Below, piece by piece: positions 1 to 9,956 of a DNA stretch of 43,879 nt (positions are counted from its first letter, which is position 1; every line of letters begins with the position of its first letter). The DNA lies in assembly GCA_013151795.1 (NCBI GenBank), contig JAADHQ010000030.1:1-43879 (forward strand), read 5' to 3'. Below the pieces are notes generated by a model, which was not told where the DNA came from, searched no databases, and saw only the letters and a list, made by a program, of their open reading frames with translations. Source of the DNA: Gammaproteobacteria bacterium. Lineage in GTDB: Bacteria > Pseudomonadota > Gammaproteobacteria > JAADHQ01. The position numbers and the translations under genes are program-made.

Positions 1-1106
1 TAGGTTGCCACATGCGGAGAATTGATCAATATCCGGTCTTCACCATCAAAGGGGGTTTCAACGCCACCATTAAAGAAAAAGGTTACATGGGCATATTTCT
101 CTGTTTCAGCTATTCGTAACTGCCGCAAACCCATATTAGACAAATATTCACCAAATACATTGCGCATTTTGTCCGAAGGGAAGGCCACCGGAATTTTGAA
201 TACTTCATTATATTCAGTCAAGCTGGCAAACTGTGCCAGTTTAGGGGCCTTACCACGATCAAAACAATCAAAATCGTCTTCAATAAACGGGCGGGTAATC
301 TGACGAGCACGATCTGAGCGATAATTCATGAAAATCATCACATCGCCGTCTTCTACGACAACGGGCTGTTCTCCTTCCGCGACGATAGCAGTAGCCTGAA
401 CAAACTCATCTGTTTCACCACGATCATAGGCCAGATCCAGCCCTTCTATTGCCGTTTTTACCTGTACTTCGGCATCACCGTGGGCAATAAGGTTATATGC
501 AGGTTTGATTCTCGGCCAACGATGATCTCGATCCATCGCATAATAACGACCAATCATGGAGACCAGTCGACCCCCGCCAATGTCCTTAAAAGCTGAATCC
601 ATCAGTTCTAGCGATGCTTTTGCACTTTTTGGTGGGGTATCACGTCCATCGAGAAAGGCATGCACGAATACTTTACTCACACCACGGTCGACAGCCAATT
701 TTACCATTGCATGAATCTGTTCTTCATGACTGTGAACACCGCCACTGGATAGCAAACCTAATATATGGACAGCCTTGTTATTATCGATAGCCAGATCTAC
801 GGCATCCGTCAATGTACGATTGGTATAAAAAGAACCCGTACGAATCGCGCGGCTAACACGAGTAAACTCCTGGTAAACGACACGCCCTGAGCCCAGATTA
901 AGGTGGCCCACTTCCGAATTACCCATTTGCTCTGCGGGTAATCCAACTGCAGCACCGGAAGTCCGTATCAATGTGTGCGAATATCGCTCCCAGAGACGAT
1001 CCCACACCGGTGTATTTGCGGCATGTACTGCATTATATTCAGTTTTTTCACTGTAACCCCAACCGTCGAGGACAAGCAGGGCCATTGGTCTTGGTCTAAT
1101 AGACAT
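1..1106 (-). CDS. gpmI: 2,3-bisphosphoglycerate-independent phosphoglycerate mutase (runs off the left edge)
   Basis: Not in the ORF track. Manual minus-strand translation from ATG 1106 gives [18 protein letters not shown], then [40 protein letters not shown] and MNYRSDRAR, all iPGM motifs. Confidence 0.95.
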   Translation of the reverse strand, partial: MSIRPRPMALLVLDGWGYSEKTEYNAVHAANTPVWDRLWERYSHTLIRTSGAAVGLPAEQMGNSEVGHLNLGSGRVVYQEFTRVSRAIRTGSFYTNRTLTDAVDLAIDNNKAVHILGLLSSGGVHSHEEQIHAMVKLAVDRGVSKVFVHAFLDGRDTPPKSAKASLELMDSAFKDIGGGRLVSMIGRYYAMDRDHRWPRIKPAYNLIAHGDAEVQVKTAIEGLDLAYDRGETDEFVQATAIVAEGEQPVVVEDGDVMIFMNYRSDRARQITRPFIEDDFDCFDRGKAPKLAQFASLTEYNEVFKIPVAFPSDKMRNVFGEYLSNMGLRQLRIAETEKYAHVTFFFNGGVETPFDGEDRILINSPHVAT

Positions 1107-1307
1107 GATTTTTTAACTTATTTCACTGGTTTTATCACTACAACTACCTTAGACATAGTCTAACCTGAAACGAATAGGTATGTAAGTAATTGTTTTTAAT
1201 CGGTTAATGATTTTAACTCATTGAGTACAATCAGTAGTTCCATGAATAACATAAACACTGTATTATTGTATAATGTTCCACTAATAAAAGGCAGTATTAA
1301 TTACATC

Positions 1308-1679
1308 ATGAGCACTGTTTTTGGAAATAATACAAGTCAGTCAGCAGACGGTAACGTAAACATGATAGAAAGCCATGAGCCTCTGATTACACAAGATGAA
1401 GATATTGATCGTGCTTCACGATCCCTTAAGGCTATGTCACACCCACTGCGCCTTAAAATACTTTGTACTCTTGGTGATCGTGAAGTCAGTGTGCAGGATA
1501 TCGTTGAAAATGTCGGTACCTCACAGAGCAATATTTCACAGCATCTGGCCATATTAAGAGACAAGGGTATTCTTGCATCACGAAAAGATGCAAACCGGGT
1601 ATATTACCGTGTTGGTGACCCGAGAACCTTAAAACTTATTGGCATGATGCGAGAAGTGTTCTGTACGCAAGCACTGTAA
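1308..1679 (+). CDS. ArsR/SmtB-family repressor, BigR/SqrR/YgaV-like two-Cys type
   Basis: LKAMSHPLRLKILC, SQSNISQHLAILR and VYYR wHTH motifs; Cys in helix 2 and a C-terminal EVFC. Start uncertain (ATG 1308 or 1362; TTG 1221 is unlikely). Confidence 0.88.
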   Translation: MSTVFGNNTSQSADGNVNMIESHEPLITQDEDIDRASRSLKAMSHPLRLKILCTLGDREVSVQDIVENVGTSQSNISQHLAILRDKGILASRKDANRVYYRVGDPRTLKLIGMMREVFCTQAL

Positions 1680-1782
1680 AAAACTTGTCGATATAATCGG
1701 AGTTTAATAATTTAAATCTCCCCAGTTTGGCGGTATCTCTGATAACCGTTCCATATCTTGCTAACCTCAAGAAACTTATTTT

Positions 1783-2208
1783 ATGAATAATTTTACAGAA
1801 TTTGTTGGAAACCATCTTTTCCTTAGTGTGTCATTTCTCGGCTTGTTAACCTACTGGATTTTAGGTGAGTTAAAACAACGAATGAATGGCACAAGCGCAG
1901 TCTCGCCAATAGACGCTACACGACTGATGAATCACTCTAATGCCGTTGTCATTGATGTTCGGGAAGACAAGGAAATGTCAGACGGAACAATCATCAATGC
2001 TATTCACATCCCTGTTGGTGATATATCCAACCAGATTAAAAAAATAGAAAAATATAAAGAAAAACCTGTCATTGTTGCTTGCCGATCAGGTCACCGCTCG
2101 GCATCAGCCTGCAACACACTACGCAAACAAGGTTTTTTACATGTCTATAATCTTCGCGGTGGTGTTAATGCATGGCAAAAAGATGGCATGCCCCTGGTAA
2201 AAAAATAA
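1783..2208 (+). CDS. Membrane-anchored rhodanese-domain protein (YibN-like)
   Basis: N-terminal hydrophobic helix, IDVRE, active-site loop CRSGHRS, LRGGVNAW; usual position upstream of secB. Confidence 0.9.
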   Translation: MNNFTEFVGNHLFLSVSFLGLLTYWILGELKQRMNGTSAVSPIDATRLMNHSNAVVIDVREDKEMSDGTIINAIHIPVGDISNQIKKIEKYKEKPVIVACRSGHRSASACNTLRKQGFLHVYNLRGGVNAWQKDGMPLVKK

Positions 2209-2239
2209 ACTAATCTTTAATTAATTCAAGAGAAATCAC

Positions 2240-2686
2240 ATGACCGACACAAATGAACAGGAATTTGGTATCCACTCCATATATCTTAAAGATGTCTCCT
2301 TTGAGGCACCTAATTCTCCAGAAGTTTTCAAAACTCAATTCCAGCCTGAAATTGAAATGAACCTTAATCTGCAAACCAATAATCTGGAAGACCACGTATA
2401 CGAAGTTGTATTGTCAGTTACCGTATCCGCCAAGGCAAATGACAAAGCTGCATTCCTTGTTGAATTACAGCAAGCAGGTGTTTTTACCTTAAAAGGCTTT
2501 GATAAAGAAAACATGGGGCCGATGCTGGGCATTTATTGTCCTAACGTTTTATTCCCGTATGCACGCGAATCCGTCGCCAACCTTGTCACCAAAGGTGGTT
2601 TCCCGCAACTGCTACTGGAACCTGTCAATTTCGAAGCCTTGTATGCACAACACCAGGAAGAACAAGACAACAAAACCGTTCAGTAA
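2240..2686 (+). CDS. secB: Protein-export chaperone SecB
   Basis: IYLKDVSFEAPNSP, CPNVLFPYARE, GGFPQLLLEPVNFEALY. Confidence 0.97.
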   Translation: MTDTNEQEFGIHSIYLKDVSFEAPNSPEVFKTQFQPEIEMNLNLQTNNLEDHVYEVVLSVTVSAKANDKAAFLVELQQAGVFTLKGFDKENMGPMLGIYCPNVLFPYARESVANLVTKGGFPQLLLEPVNFEALYAQHQEEQDNKTVQ

Positions 2687-2739
2687 TGAATCACATATAG
2701 CAGGCTTAAAAAATAGATTAAGTCTGCTATAGTCCTTAT

Positions 2740-3762
2740 ATGTCTAGTTCATCACAAGCCTCTCTTGCCGTTATCGGTGCTGGATCATGGGGCACTGCAC
2801 TTGCCATTCTGTTTGCTAAAAATGGTCTACACACAACAATCTGGGGACACCTGCCAGAACACATGCAGGCGTTGACCAGAACTCGTTGTAATGAAGAATT
2901 TTTACCGGGCTTTAATTTTCCTGACAATCTGCACCCTTGTGTTGAACTGGAGCAGGCACTGGAAAATGCCGATGATGTTTTACTGGTTGTTCCCAGCCAT
3001 GTTTTCAAAAGTGTCCTGCTGCAAGTAAAACCCCTGTTGCCAGAAAACAAACGAATTGCGTGGGCAACTAAAGGCCTGGAAAGTGGCACAGCTAAACTGT
3101 TACATGAAAATGCGCTGGAAGTTATGGGGCAGGGCACATCCTTTGCCATTATTTCAGGGCCAACCTTTGCAAAAGAAGTAGCTGCCGGGTTACCTACAGC
3201 CCTTACTATCGCGTCAACTGATGATCGTTATGCAAAACAACTGGCAGAAAAAATGCAAAACAGTACCTTTCGCGCCTATACGTGCAATGACATCATTGGC
3301 GTAGAACTGGGAGGGGCAATCAAAAATGTACTGGCAATCGCAGCAGGCATTGCCGACGGACTTGGCTTTGGTGCCAATACACGAGCCGCACTTATCACTC
3401 GTGGACTAACAGAAATCATGCGCCTTGGGAAAAAACTTGGCGGTGAAACCGAAACCTTCATGGGTCTCGCGGGTATGGGGGATCTTGTGCTAACGTGCAC
3501 AGATAATCAATCGCGCAACCGTCGCTTTGGTATAGCTCTCGCGAAGGGAATGAATCCGGATGAAGCGCTTGCATCAATAGGACAGGTCGTGGAAGGCATA
3601 CAAACTGCTAATGAAATAAACCGTCTTGCCCTGCGCCACAAGATAGATATGCCTATTACCAGACAAGTCTATCGCGTTCTATATGAACAGGTTGACCCAA
3701 AAAAAGCTGTGCAGGAATTATTTGCACGTGAGCTTAAACCAGAGTTTGAAAATAAGGCTTGA
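2740..3762 (+). CDS. gpsA: NAD(P)H-dependent glycerol-3-phosphate dehydrogenase
   Basis: GAGSWGTA, ATKGLE, SGPTFAKEV, GDLVLTCTDNQSRNRRFG. Confidence 0.97.
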   Translation: MSSSSQASLAVIGAGSWGTALAILFAKNGLHTTIWGHLPEHMQALTRTRCNEEFLPGFNFPDNLHPCVELEQALENADDVLLVVPSHVFKSVLLQVKPLLPENKRIAWATKGLESGTAKLLHENALEVMGQGTSFAIISGPTFAKEVAAGLPTALTIASTDDRYAKQLAEKMQNSTFRAYTCNDIIGVELGGAIKNVLAIAAGIADGLGFGANTRAALITRGLTEIMRLGKKLGGETETFMGLAGMGDLVLTCTDNQSRNRRFGIALAKGMNPDEALASIGQVVEGIQTANEINRLALRHKIDMPITRQVYRVLYEQVDPKKAVQELFARELKPEFENKA

Positions 3763-3792
3763 TACTGTTCTGGCATTACAGATAAATTCAAA

Positions 3793-4593
3793 TCAGGCTT
3801 TACCCGGTTCTCCGTACGGTTCTATTTTTGAACCCCAGCGCCCTTCATAAAAAGGTCTGGTTTCATGTATAAAATAAGATGAGATATCATCGTCATCGTC
3901 TTCAACAATAATAAAATCTATAATTTCTTCTTCATCCGTTACATCACGTGCAACCTGACCTGCTTCCTCAATCACTTTTTCAAGGTCATCGTTGCCTTGT
4001 ATTCCAATAATGTAATTCGGCTCGTCATCCTGGCTTTTGTCATGTATCAAGGCTAAATAGGCTGCCTTCACATTAGCATGCTTACTAAATAACGTAGTTA
4101 ATGAATCAACCAGCAAGCCAGGATATTCTTCCGGCTCACCCAACACTACCTCATTATCTGTTTCAATCATTCGTTGAGTTGATTCCTGAACCATCCCTGT
4201 TGTTAACAACAGCTCAATTTCATCAGGAAAAAATTCCTTACCGTATTCAGAATGGGGGTTCATGACCAGTTTGGTACCCAGGGTCATTTTAAAAAACTCC
4301 CGAACAGACACCTCAAGATAAGAAGCGTCATCTTCAACCGATGACTCCAGGCAAGACATTGAACTGAAAAAAGGAATAATACTTTCGCCCCCGGACTCTT
4401 CCCAGCTTACAATTGCAATAGTGTCATCTTCATCTGATTTTTTTTCATTTGTATCTGCTGCCTCTATATTACCCAGTACGAGAACAGTTGAATCCAGCAG
4501 CACCTTACAAAACTCGGGCCGATGTGCAGGCTCGGTTGTTGCTAGCCTTAGCAGGGTTTCAAGTTTATTTTCTGGTTCATCAATAATATTCAT
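3793..4593 (-). CDS. sseB: Enhanced serine sensitivity protein SseB (N and C domains)
   Basis: LETLLRLATTEPAHRPEF, IPFFSS, NPHSEYGKEFFPDEI, VKAAYLALIHD, PFYE. Confidence 0.85.
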   Translation of the reverse strand: MNIIDEPENKLETLLRLATTEPAHRPEFCKVLLDSTVLVLGNIEAADTNEKKSDEDDTIAIVSWEESGGESIIPFFSSMSCLESSVEDDASYLEVSVREFFKMTLGTKLVMNPHSEYGKEFFPDEIELLLTTGMVQESTQRMIETDNEVVLGEPEEYPGLLVDSLTTLFSKHANVKAAYLALIHDKSQDDEPNYIIGIQGNDDLEKVIEEAGQVARDVTDEEEIIDFIIVEDDDDDISSYFIHETRPFYEGRWGSKIEPYGEPGKA

Positions 4594-4617
4594 AATAGTT
4601 CCAGTTTGAGTATTCTG

Positions 4618-5082
4618 TTAGATCGCACCTTTAAACCCTTGTTGCCGCCACGCCTCATATAATATAACAGCAACTGCATTTGATAAATTCAGGCTTCTGC
4701 TATCGGCTAACATTGATATACGAATATTATTTTCAGGCTTCAGACTCAACCTGACTGATTCTGGTAAACCGCGTGTTTCTGGCCCAAAAATAAACGTATC
4801 ACCTTGCCTGTATTCTACCTCGGCATAAGAGAACTGCGCCTTTGTCGTGCATGCAAACATGCGCTGTGGTTTCTCCTTCTGCAGAAACTCATCAAAGTCA
4901 TCATATATATTTATGTTCGCAAATTCATGATAATCCAGTCCCGCCCGGCGCAGACGTTTGTCATCCAACTCAAAACCCAACGGTTTGATTAAATGTAATT
5001 GACTGCCTGTATTTGCACATAAACGTATGATATTACCGGTATTAGGCGGTATTTCAGGCTCAAATAACACAATATTAAACAT
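4618..5082 (-). CDS. trmL: tRNA (cytidine/uridine-34-2'-O)-methyltransferase
   Basis: [47 protein letters not shown]; start trimmed to ATG 5082. Confidence 0.96.
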   Translation of the reverse strand: MFNIVLFEPEIPPNTGNIIRLCANTGSQLHLIKPLGFELDDKRLRRAGLDYHEFANINIYDDFDEFLQKEKPQRMFACTTKAQFSYAEVEYRQGDTFIFGPETRGLPESVRLSLKPENNIRISMLADSRSLNLSNAVAVILYEAWRQQGFKGAI

Positions 5083-5199
5083 TCTGCTTTCCTGTATAAA
5101 TATAAAACATCTGCCAAAAATAAACACTAACTCTTGGCGCAGCCACCATGGATATGCGAAAATACTCCCACGATACAGGCTACATCACAGGCGCATCAA

Positions 5200-6165
5200 G
5201 TGAGTAAAAAAAATAATCCTGCTCTACAATCAGAATTTTGCGGTTTACACTTTAATACACCATTGGTTTTACTTTCCGGTTGTGTCGGCTTTGGTGAAGA
5301 ATATACACGTGTACAGGGATTTAGTAACCATGATGTTGGTGCCGTCTGCCTGAAAGGCACAACGGGCGCTGCACGTCTGGGAAACTCACCTCACCGCGTA
5401 TATGAAACACCCGGCGGCATGCTCAATGCAATTGGTTTACAAAATCCTGGCGTCGATCATGTTGTCAATTCTATCCTGCCTGATCTCGACTTTAACGAAA
5501 CACGTTATATTGCCAATGTTTCAGGCTCTACAATTGAAGAATACCAGGAAGTTTGCCAGAAATTTAATGATTCTGATATTGATGCCCTCGAAATAAATAT
5601 ATCGTGCCCGAATGTCAAAGAAGGTGGTATGGCTTTTGGTAACGACCCTGATATGTCTGCCCGCGTCGTATCCGCATGTCGAAAAGTTACCACTAAACCC
5701 TTGATAACAAAATTATCGCCTAACCAGACAGACATTGCAGAAAATGCCAGACGTTGCATCGAAGCAGGAAGTGATGCTTTTGCTGTTATTAATACATTAA
5801 TGGGCATGGCGATAGATGTTGAAAACCGAACCCCTGTTATCGGTAACAATCAGGGTGGCTTATCCGGGCCCGCTATAAAACCGGTTGCCTTACTTAAGGT
5901 GCATCAGGTTTATCAGGTCTGTCGACAACATAGTATCCCGATTATAGGGCAGGGGGGTATTCTTACTGCAGAAGATGCGCTCGAATTCATTATTGCAGGG
6001 GCATCAGCTATCGGTATAGGTACGGCACTTTTTTATGACCCACTGGTATGCCATAAAATCAATCAGGGTCTACTTGCATATATGCAGCGTCATAATATTA
6101 ATGAAATATCTCAATTAACCGGCACACTGATCATGAATGACGGTCGTCCGGGATATAATTCTTAA
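5200..6165 (+). CDS. pyrD: Dihydroorotate dehydrogenase, class 1 (soluble, catalytic Cys), catalytic subunit
   Basis: GMLNAIGLQNPG, NISCPNV, KLSPN, INTL, GGLSGPAIKP, IIGQGGI. Start uncertain (GTG 5200 or TTG 5134). Confidence 0.88.
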   Translation: MSKKNNPALQSEFCGLHFNTPLVLLSGCVGFGEEYTRVQGFSNHDVGAVCLKGTTGAARLGNSPHRVYETPGGMLNAIGLQNPGVDHVVNSILPDLDFNETRYIANVSGSTIEEYQEVCQKFNDSDIDALEINISCPNVKEGGMAFGNDPDMSARVVSACRKVTTKPLITKLSPNQTDIAENARRCIEAGSDAFAVINTLMGMAIDVENRTPVIGNNQGGLSGPAIKPVALLKVHQVYQVCRQHSIPIIGQGGILTAEDALEFIIAGASAIGIGTALFYDPLVCHKINQGLLAYMQRHNINEISQLTGTLIMNDGRPGYNS

Positions 6166-6366
6166 AGCTACCTGCAAACCCCAATATATTATTTACGCAC
6201 TACCGTCCTGAGTAAAAAGTCAGCTTTAAATTTTGTGTTTTATAACAAGCATAAAAGACGAATGATTAATAAAAAACCTGAGTACCTGCGCGGGAATAAC
6301 AAACCATTTTTTCCGGATAATCGTGTATATCGGTAAAAGATAAGTAAGTAAGCAACCTTGATTTAA

Positions 6367-6402
6367 ACCTTTGCGCTCTCTGCGTCCTCAGCGGCCTTTG
6401 CG
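6367..6402. repeat. Four imperfect tandem 9-mers ending in GCG
   Basis: ACCTTTGCG CTCTCTGCG TCCTCAGCG GCCTTTGCG, a GC-rich patch in an AT-rich intergenic region. Confidence 0.6.
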
Positions 6403-6619
6403 ATAAAAGTATCCAGCCCAAAAAGCACAAAACAATAAACATCAACGATATACAATAATCTACTTGTTTATAACAGGCATGTTTGTTACCGGGTTATGGC
6501 AATTATTTGAATTGAATATTGGTGGCGCTGGAGGAAATCCAGATTATTGATAGCAAGATTAAAATAAATACCGGCCAGATCAAAAAATTTTCTGCTTTAT
6601 TTTTTAAAATTACCTATGC

Positions 6620-8014
6620 TTACATTCTCAATTCTTTTATCTTTCGTGTCAGTGTGTTTCGACCCCAACCTAAAAGTCTGGCTGCATCTTGCCGTTTTCC
6701 ACCGGTATGTTTTAACGCCACATCAATAAGTATTCTTTCAAAATCAGGCGTTGCTTTTTCCAGTAAATTATCTTCCCCACTTGAAAGGCTTTTGTCAGCC
6801 CAATCCTGCAATGCATCTTGCCAGTCACCATAGTTACCTGTTGCATCTGTTTTTTTATCATTTAGTTCCGGAGGTAAATCTTCCAATCGGATTTCTCTAC
6901 CGGAAGCCATAACAGTTAACCATCGGCATGTATTTTCAAGTTGCCTTACATTACCTGGCCAGGCAAGTGTCTCCATGTATTTATAGACTTCTGGTCGAAT
7001 TAGTTTTGGTTCTACACTTAATTCTGCGGCAACCTTCTTTAAAAAGAAATCGCTTAATAATGAAATATCTTCACTTCTTTCACTTAATGCCGGTAATTTA
7101 ATCCGGATAACATTTAATCTATGAAATAAATCTTCACGAAATATGCCTTGTTTTACGCGCTCTTCCAGGTTTTGATGGGTTGCCGTTATTATTCGTACAT
7201 CTACTTTTATCGGGATATGCCCACCGACACGATAAAACTCTCCATCTGCGAGGACGCGCAATAACCGTGTTTGCAGTTCTGCTGGCATATCACCTATTTC
7301 ATCCAGAAATAAACTACCACCATCGGCTTGTTCAAAACGTCCTTTGCGCATTGCCTGCGCACCAGTGAATGCCCCTTTTTCATGCCCAAATAATTCAGAC
7401 TCAAGCAGGTCTTTAGGAATGGCGGCAGTATTTAAAGCGATAAAGGGTTTCTTTGATCTAGGGCTATGTCGATGAAGTGCTGCTGCTACCAACTCTTTAC
7501 CTGTTCCTGACTCACCATTGATCAGTACTGTAATTTTTGATCGTGACAGTCTTCCTATTGCCCTGAAGACTTCCTGCATTGCAGGTGCTTTACCAATTAT
7601 TTCCGGGGTTGCTTCGATTTCTTCAACGCTGCTGGCATCTAGTTTTTCGTCATAATGAATTATTGCTCTCCGTGCCAGATCCACTGCATCATCAATATCA
7701 AATGGCTTTGGAAGATATTCAAATGCACCACCCTGATATGCAGATAACGCACTATCCAGATCAGAATGAGCCGTCATTATAATCACAGGTATTTCAGGAT
7801 ACTTTACATTAATTTGTTGTAATAACTCTATTCCATCTATTCCGGGCATACGGATATCACTGATAATAACCTTTGGCATTTCTGTTTCCAGTTTTTTCAA
7901 TACGGGTGTTCCATCTGCAAAACAGGTTGATGCCAGACCGGCCTTTTCCAATGCCTTTTCCAGTACCCAACGTATAGATTTATCATCATCGATTATCCAT
8001 ATTGGATTAGTCAT
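6620..8014 (-). CDS. glnG: Nitrogen regulation response regulator NtrC
   Basis: Receiver domain (IDDD, DIRMPG), [47 protein letters not shown]. Confidence 0.97.
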   Translation of the reverse strand: MTNPIWIIDDDKSIRWVLEKALEKAGLASTCFADGTPVLKKLETEMPKVIISDIRMPGIDGIELLQQINVKYPEIPVIIMTAHSDLDSALSAYQGGAFEYLPKPFDIDDAVDLARRAIIHYDEKLDASSVEEIEATPEIIGKAPAMQEVFRAIGRLSRSKITVLINGESGTGKELVAAALHRHSPRSKKPFIALNTAAIPKDLLESELFGHEKGAFTGAQAMRKGRFEQADGGSLFLDEIGDMPAELQTRLLRVLADGEFYRVGGHIPIKVDVRIITATHQNLEERVKQGIFREDLFHRLNVIRIKLPALSERSEDISLLSDFFLKKVAAELSVEPKLIRPEVYKYMETLAWPGNVRQLENTCRWLTVMASGREIRLEDLPPELNDKKTDATGNYGDWQDALQDWADKSLSSGEDNLLEKATPDFERILIDVALKHTGGKRQDAARLLGWGRNTLTRKIKELRM

Positions 8015-9092
8015 TATTATTCTCCAACGGAATTAGTATTTTAAAAACAGTATTGCCCGGTTCACTGGTGCATTCAATCAAACCGTTATGGCGGTTAATC
8101 AAGGATTGCGCAATGGATAATCCCAGGCCTGTTCCTTCTGCCCGTCCTGTTATCATGGGTAGAAATATTTGTTCTTGTATTTCTTTCGGTATTCCCGGCC
8201 CTGTGTCTATCACTTCAACCAGAACGATTAATTTATATCGCCGGTTGCCTATTGTGTATTGTCGTTTGCTTCTGGTTCTTAATGTTAATGTGCCGCTGTC
8301 AGCCATGGCCTGAATCGCATTTCGAACCAGATTAAGTAACGCCTGGATTAATTGGTCCCGATCTGCATTTATTTCCGGAATACTTGGATCATAATCATGC
8401 ACTATTTCGATTGAATCACCGGCTTCAACTCTAACAAGATTATGCACTCGCTCAAATATTTCATGGATATTAATCATTTCCTTTTTAGGTAATGCTGATG
8501 GCCCCAACATTCGATCAACCAGCTCCTGTAATCGATCTGCTTCTGAAATTATTATCCGGGTATATTCTTTTAACTGCTCATCATCCAGTTCACGTTCAAG
8601 TAATTGTGCAGCACCTCGTAATCCACCCAAAGGATTCTTTACCTCATGCGCCATCCCCCGGACTAATGCTCTAACAGCGTGATTCTGGGAAATTAATTGT
8701 TCTTCTTTACTAATCTGTACTTGCCGTTCCATGTGCTGAATTTCTACCAATAGATTAGGTTCTGCTTCAGGTACAAAAAGAGGGGTGATATTACAATCCA
8801 CCGTTAGTGATCTGCCCCCTGACAAATCCAGCTGTACTTCACGTTTTGTAAACGGATGCCCACGAAGAACAGATTCTTTCATACGATCAGTTAAACTCTG
8901 GTTTTCTATTACAAGTTGAGTCCATAATTTTCCGCATGCTTTACGGCGACTGATTTCAAACAACATTTCACAGGCCGGGTTGATGTAGATGATCATCAAT
9001 GATTCATCCAGCAACAGTAAAGATGTGCCCATATTTTCCATAATCCGTTGCTGTATCGAATCAGGAAATTCAATCTTGGATAAAGACTTCAT
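8007..9092 (-). CDS. glnL: Nitrogen regulation sensor kinase NtrB
   Basis: PAS domain, AHEVKNPLGGLRGAAQLL, NLVRNA, DTGPGI, GTGLGLS; overlaps the ntrC start. ATG 9092 preferred to TTG 9101. Confidence 0.96.
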   Translation of the reverse strand: MKSLSKIEFPDSIQQRIMENMGTSLLLLDESLMIIYINPACEMLFEISRRKACGKLWTQLVIENQSLTDRMKESVLRGHPFTKREVQLDLSGGRSLTVDCNITPLFVPEAEPNLLVEIQHMERQVQISKEEQLISQNHAVRALVRGMAHEVKNPLGGLRGAAQLLERELDDEQLKEYTRIIISEADRLQELVDRMLGPSALPKKEMINIHEIFERVHNLVRVEAGDSIEIVHDYDPSIPEINADRDQLIQALLNLVRNAIQAMADSGTLTLRTRSKRQYTIGNRRYKLIVLVEVIDTGPGIPKEIQEQIFLPMITGRAEGTGLGLSIAQSLINRHNGLIECTSEPGNTVFKILIPLENNND

Positions 9093-9103
9093 AGATACCA
9101 ACT

Positions 9104-9119
9104 AGCAATAAACAATCCA
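9104..9119 (-). promoter_or_regulatory. Putative sigma54 (-24/-12) promoter of ntrBC
   Basis: Minus strand TGGATTGTTTATTGCT = GG-N10-GC, with an NtrC site about 160 bp upstream. Confidence 0.65.
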
Positions 9120-9280
9120 GGTTTGCTTTTTTTATATGGATTTCTTACTGCTTTGTGAATGATTAGAAAAATAGTTAATAATATCATGGAGATACGATTA
9201 TGGTCGTTCCTTGATATCAAGGTAATAAATTACCACCCGGAATAAATAAGTAATTATATCGACAATAGTATACATTAAAT

Positions 9281-9297
9281 CGCACCAATTTGGTGCA
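9281..9297. promoter_or_regulatory. NtrC binding site
   Basis: CGCACCAATTTGGTGCA versus consensus TGCACCA-N3-TGGTGCA (one mismatch), upstream of ntrB. Confidence 0.85.
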
Positions 9298-9336
9298 ATT
9301 TATTTTTCTTGTTATTATTTTAGTAGGAATTAATGC

Positions 9337-9879
9337 TTATTTAGCTTGTGTTTTAAATCTACGCTGTAAAACAGACTGGCGAAACAAGTGAAATGCGACC
9401 GTGCCTGAACTCTTTACTATATTGCCATCAGAATTGATTATTTTAGCGCTAAGCTTATGCGTACCTCTGTCAACGCCTTTATATGTATAACGAGGGCTGG
9501 ATATTCTGGTGCCTTTTCCATCAAGGGCAAGAATAATTTTATGCCCGGATTGTAATCTGGGTGTCACTTGCATGGATACACTGACAATGCCCGGATTACT
9601 TCTGATAGTTGTATCATTTGCGGGACTGGTAATTTTAAAGTCCGTATAGGTAAACTCTTTGGCGGGCTGAACATTTCTTGTTGATGAAACATGGTTAGAT
9701 TTTCTGGCATGGCTTTTATACACGGGAAATACGGGTATATCTACTATCTCAGCACCTTTTTGAGGTTTGTCAGAATATACAACCACGCCATTATCATCTA
9801 CCCAGCGATAAACTGCTGCTTGCACATTGAACGTAACGATTAAACTTAAAATTATTACTTGCCCTAACAATCTCATCAC
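9337..9879 (-). CDS. Exported DUF4124-domain protein with C-terminal Ig-like domain
   Basis: Signal peptide ending VQA, VYRWVDDNGVVVYSDKP, ITSPAND, DRGTH; lies between glnA and glnL. Confidence 0.8.
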   Translation of the reverse strand: MMRLLGQVIILSLIVTFNVQAAVYRWVDDNGVVVYSDKPQKGAEIVDIPVFPVYKSHARKSNHVSSTRNVQPAKEFTYTDFKITSPANDTTIRSNPGIVSVSMQVTPRLQSGHKIILALDGKGTRISSPRYTYKGVDRGTHKLSAKIINSDGNIVKSSGTVAFHLFRQSVLQRRFKTQAK

Positions 9880-9923
9880 TTGTATTCCCTGATATTTAAT
9901 ATGCTATCTCAAGTATATGCTAT

Positions 9924-9956
9924 AAAAACGAAAAACGCCCCCAACTGGAGGCGCTT
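9924..9956 (-). terminator. Rho-independent terminator downstream of glnA
   Basis: Minus strand AAGCGCCTCCAGTTGGGGGCGTTTTTCGTTTTT: GC stem plus U tract. Confidence 0.75.

Noticed and set aside
22-303. Plus-strand 93-aa ORF, and the many other short antisense or off-frame ORFs in the track (for example 30603-31193, 21872-22285, 42306-42785)
   Set aside because: They are shadows of well-supported genes and have no recognisable motifs.
6519-6833. 104-aa plus-strand ORF, or an intact tRNA near 6520
   Set aside because: The ORF is mostly antisense to ntrC, and no cloverleaf can be built beyond the 3' fragment.
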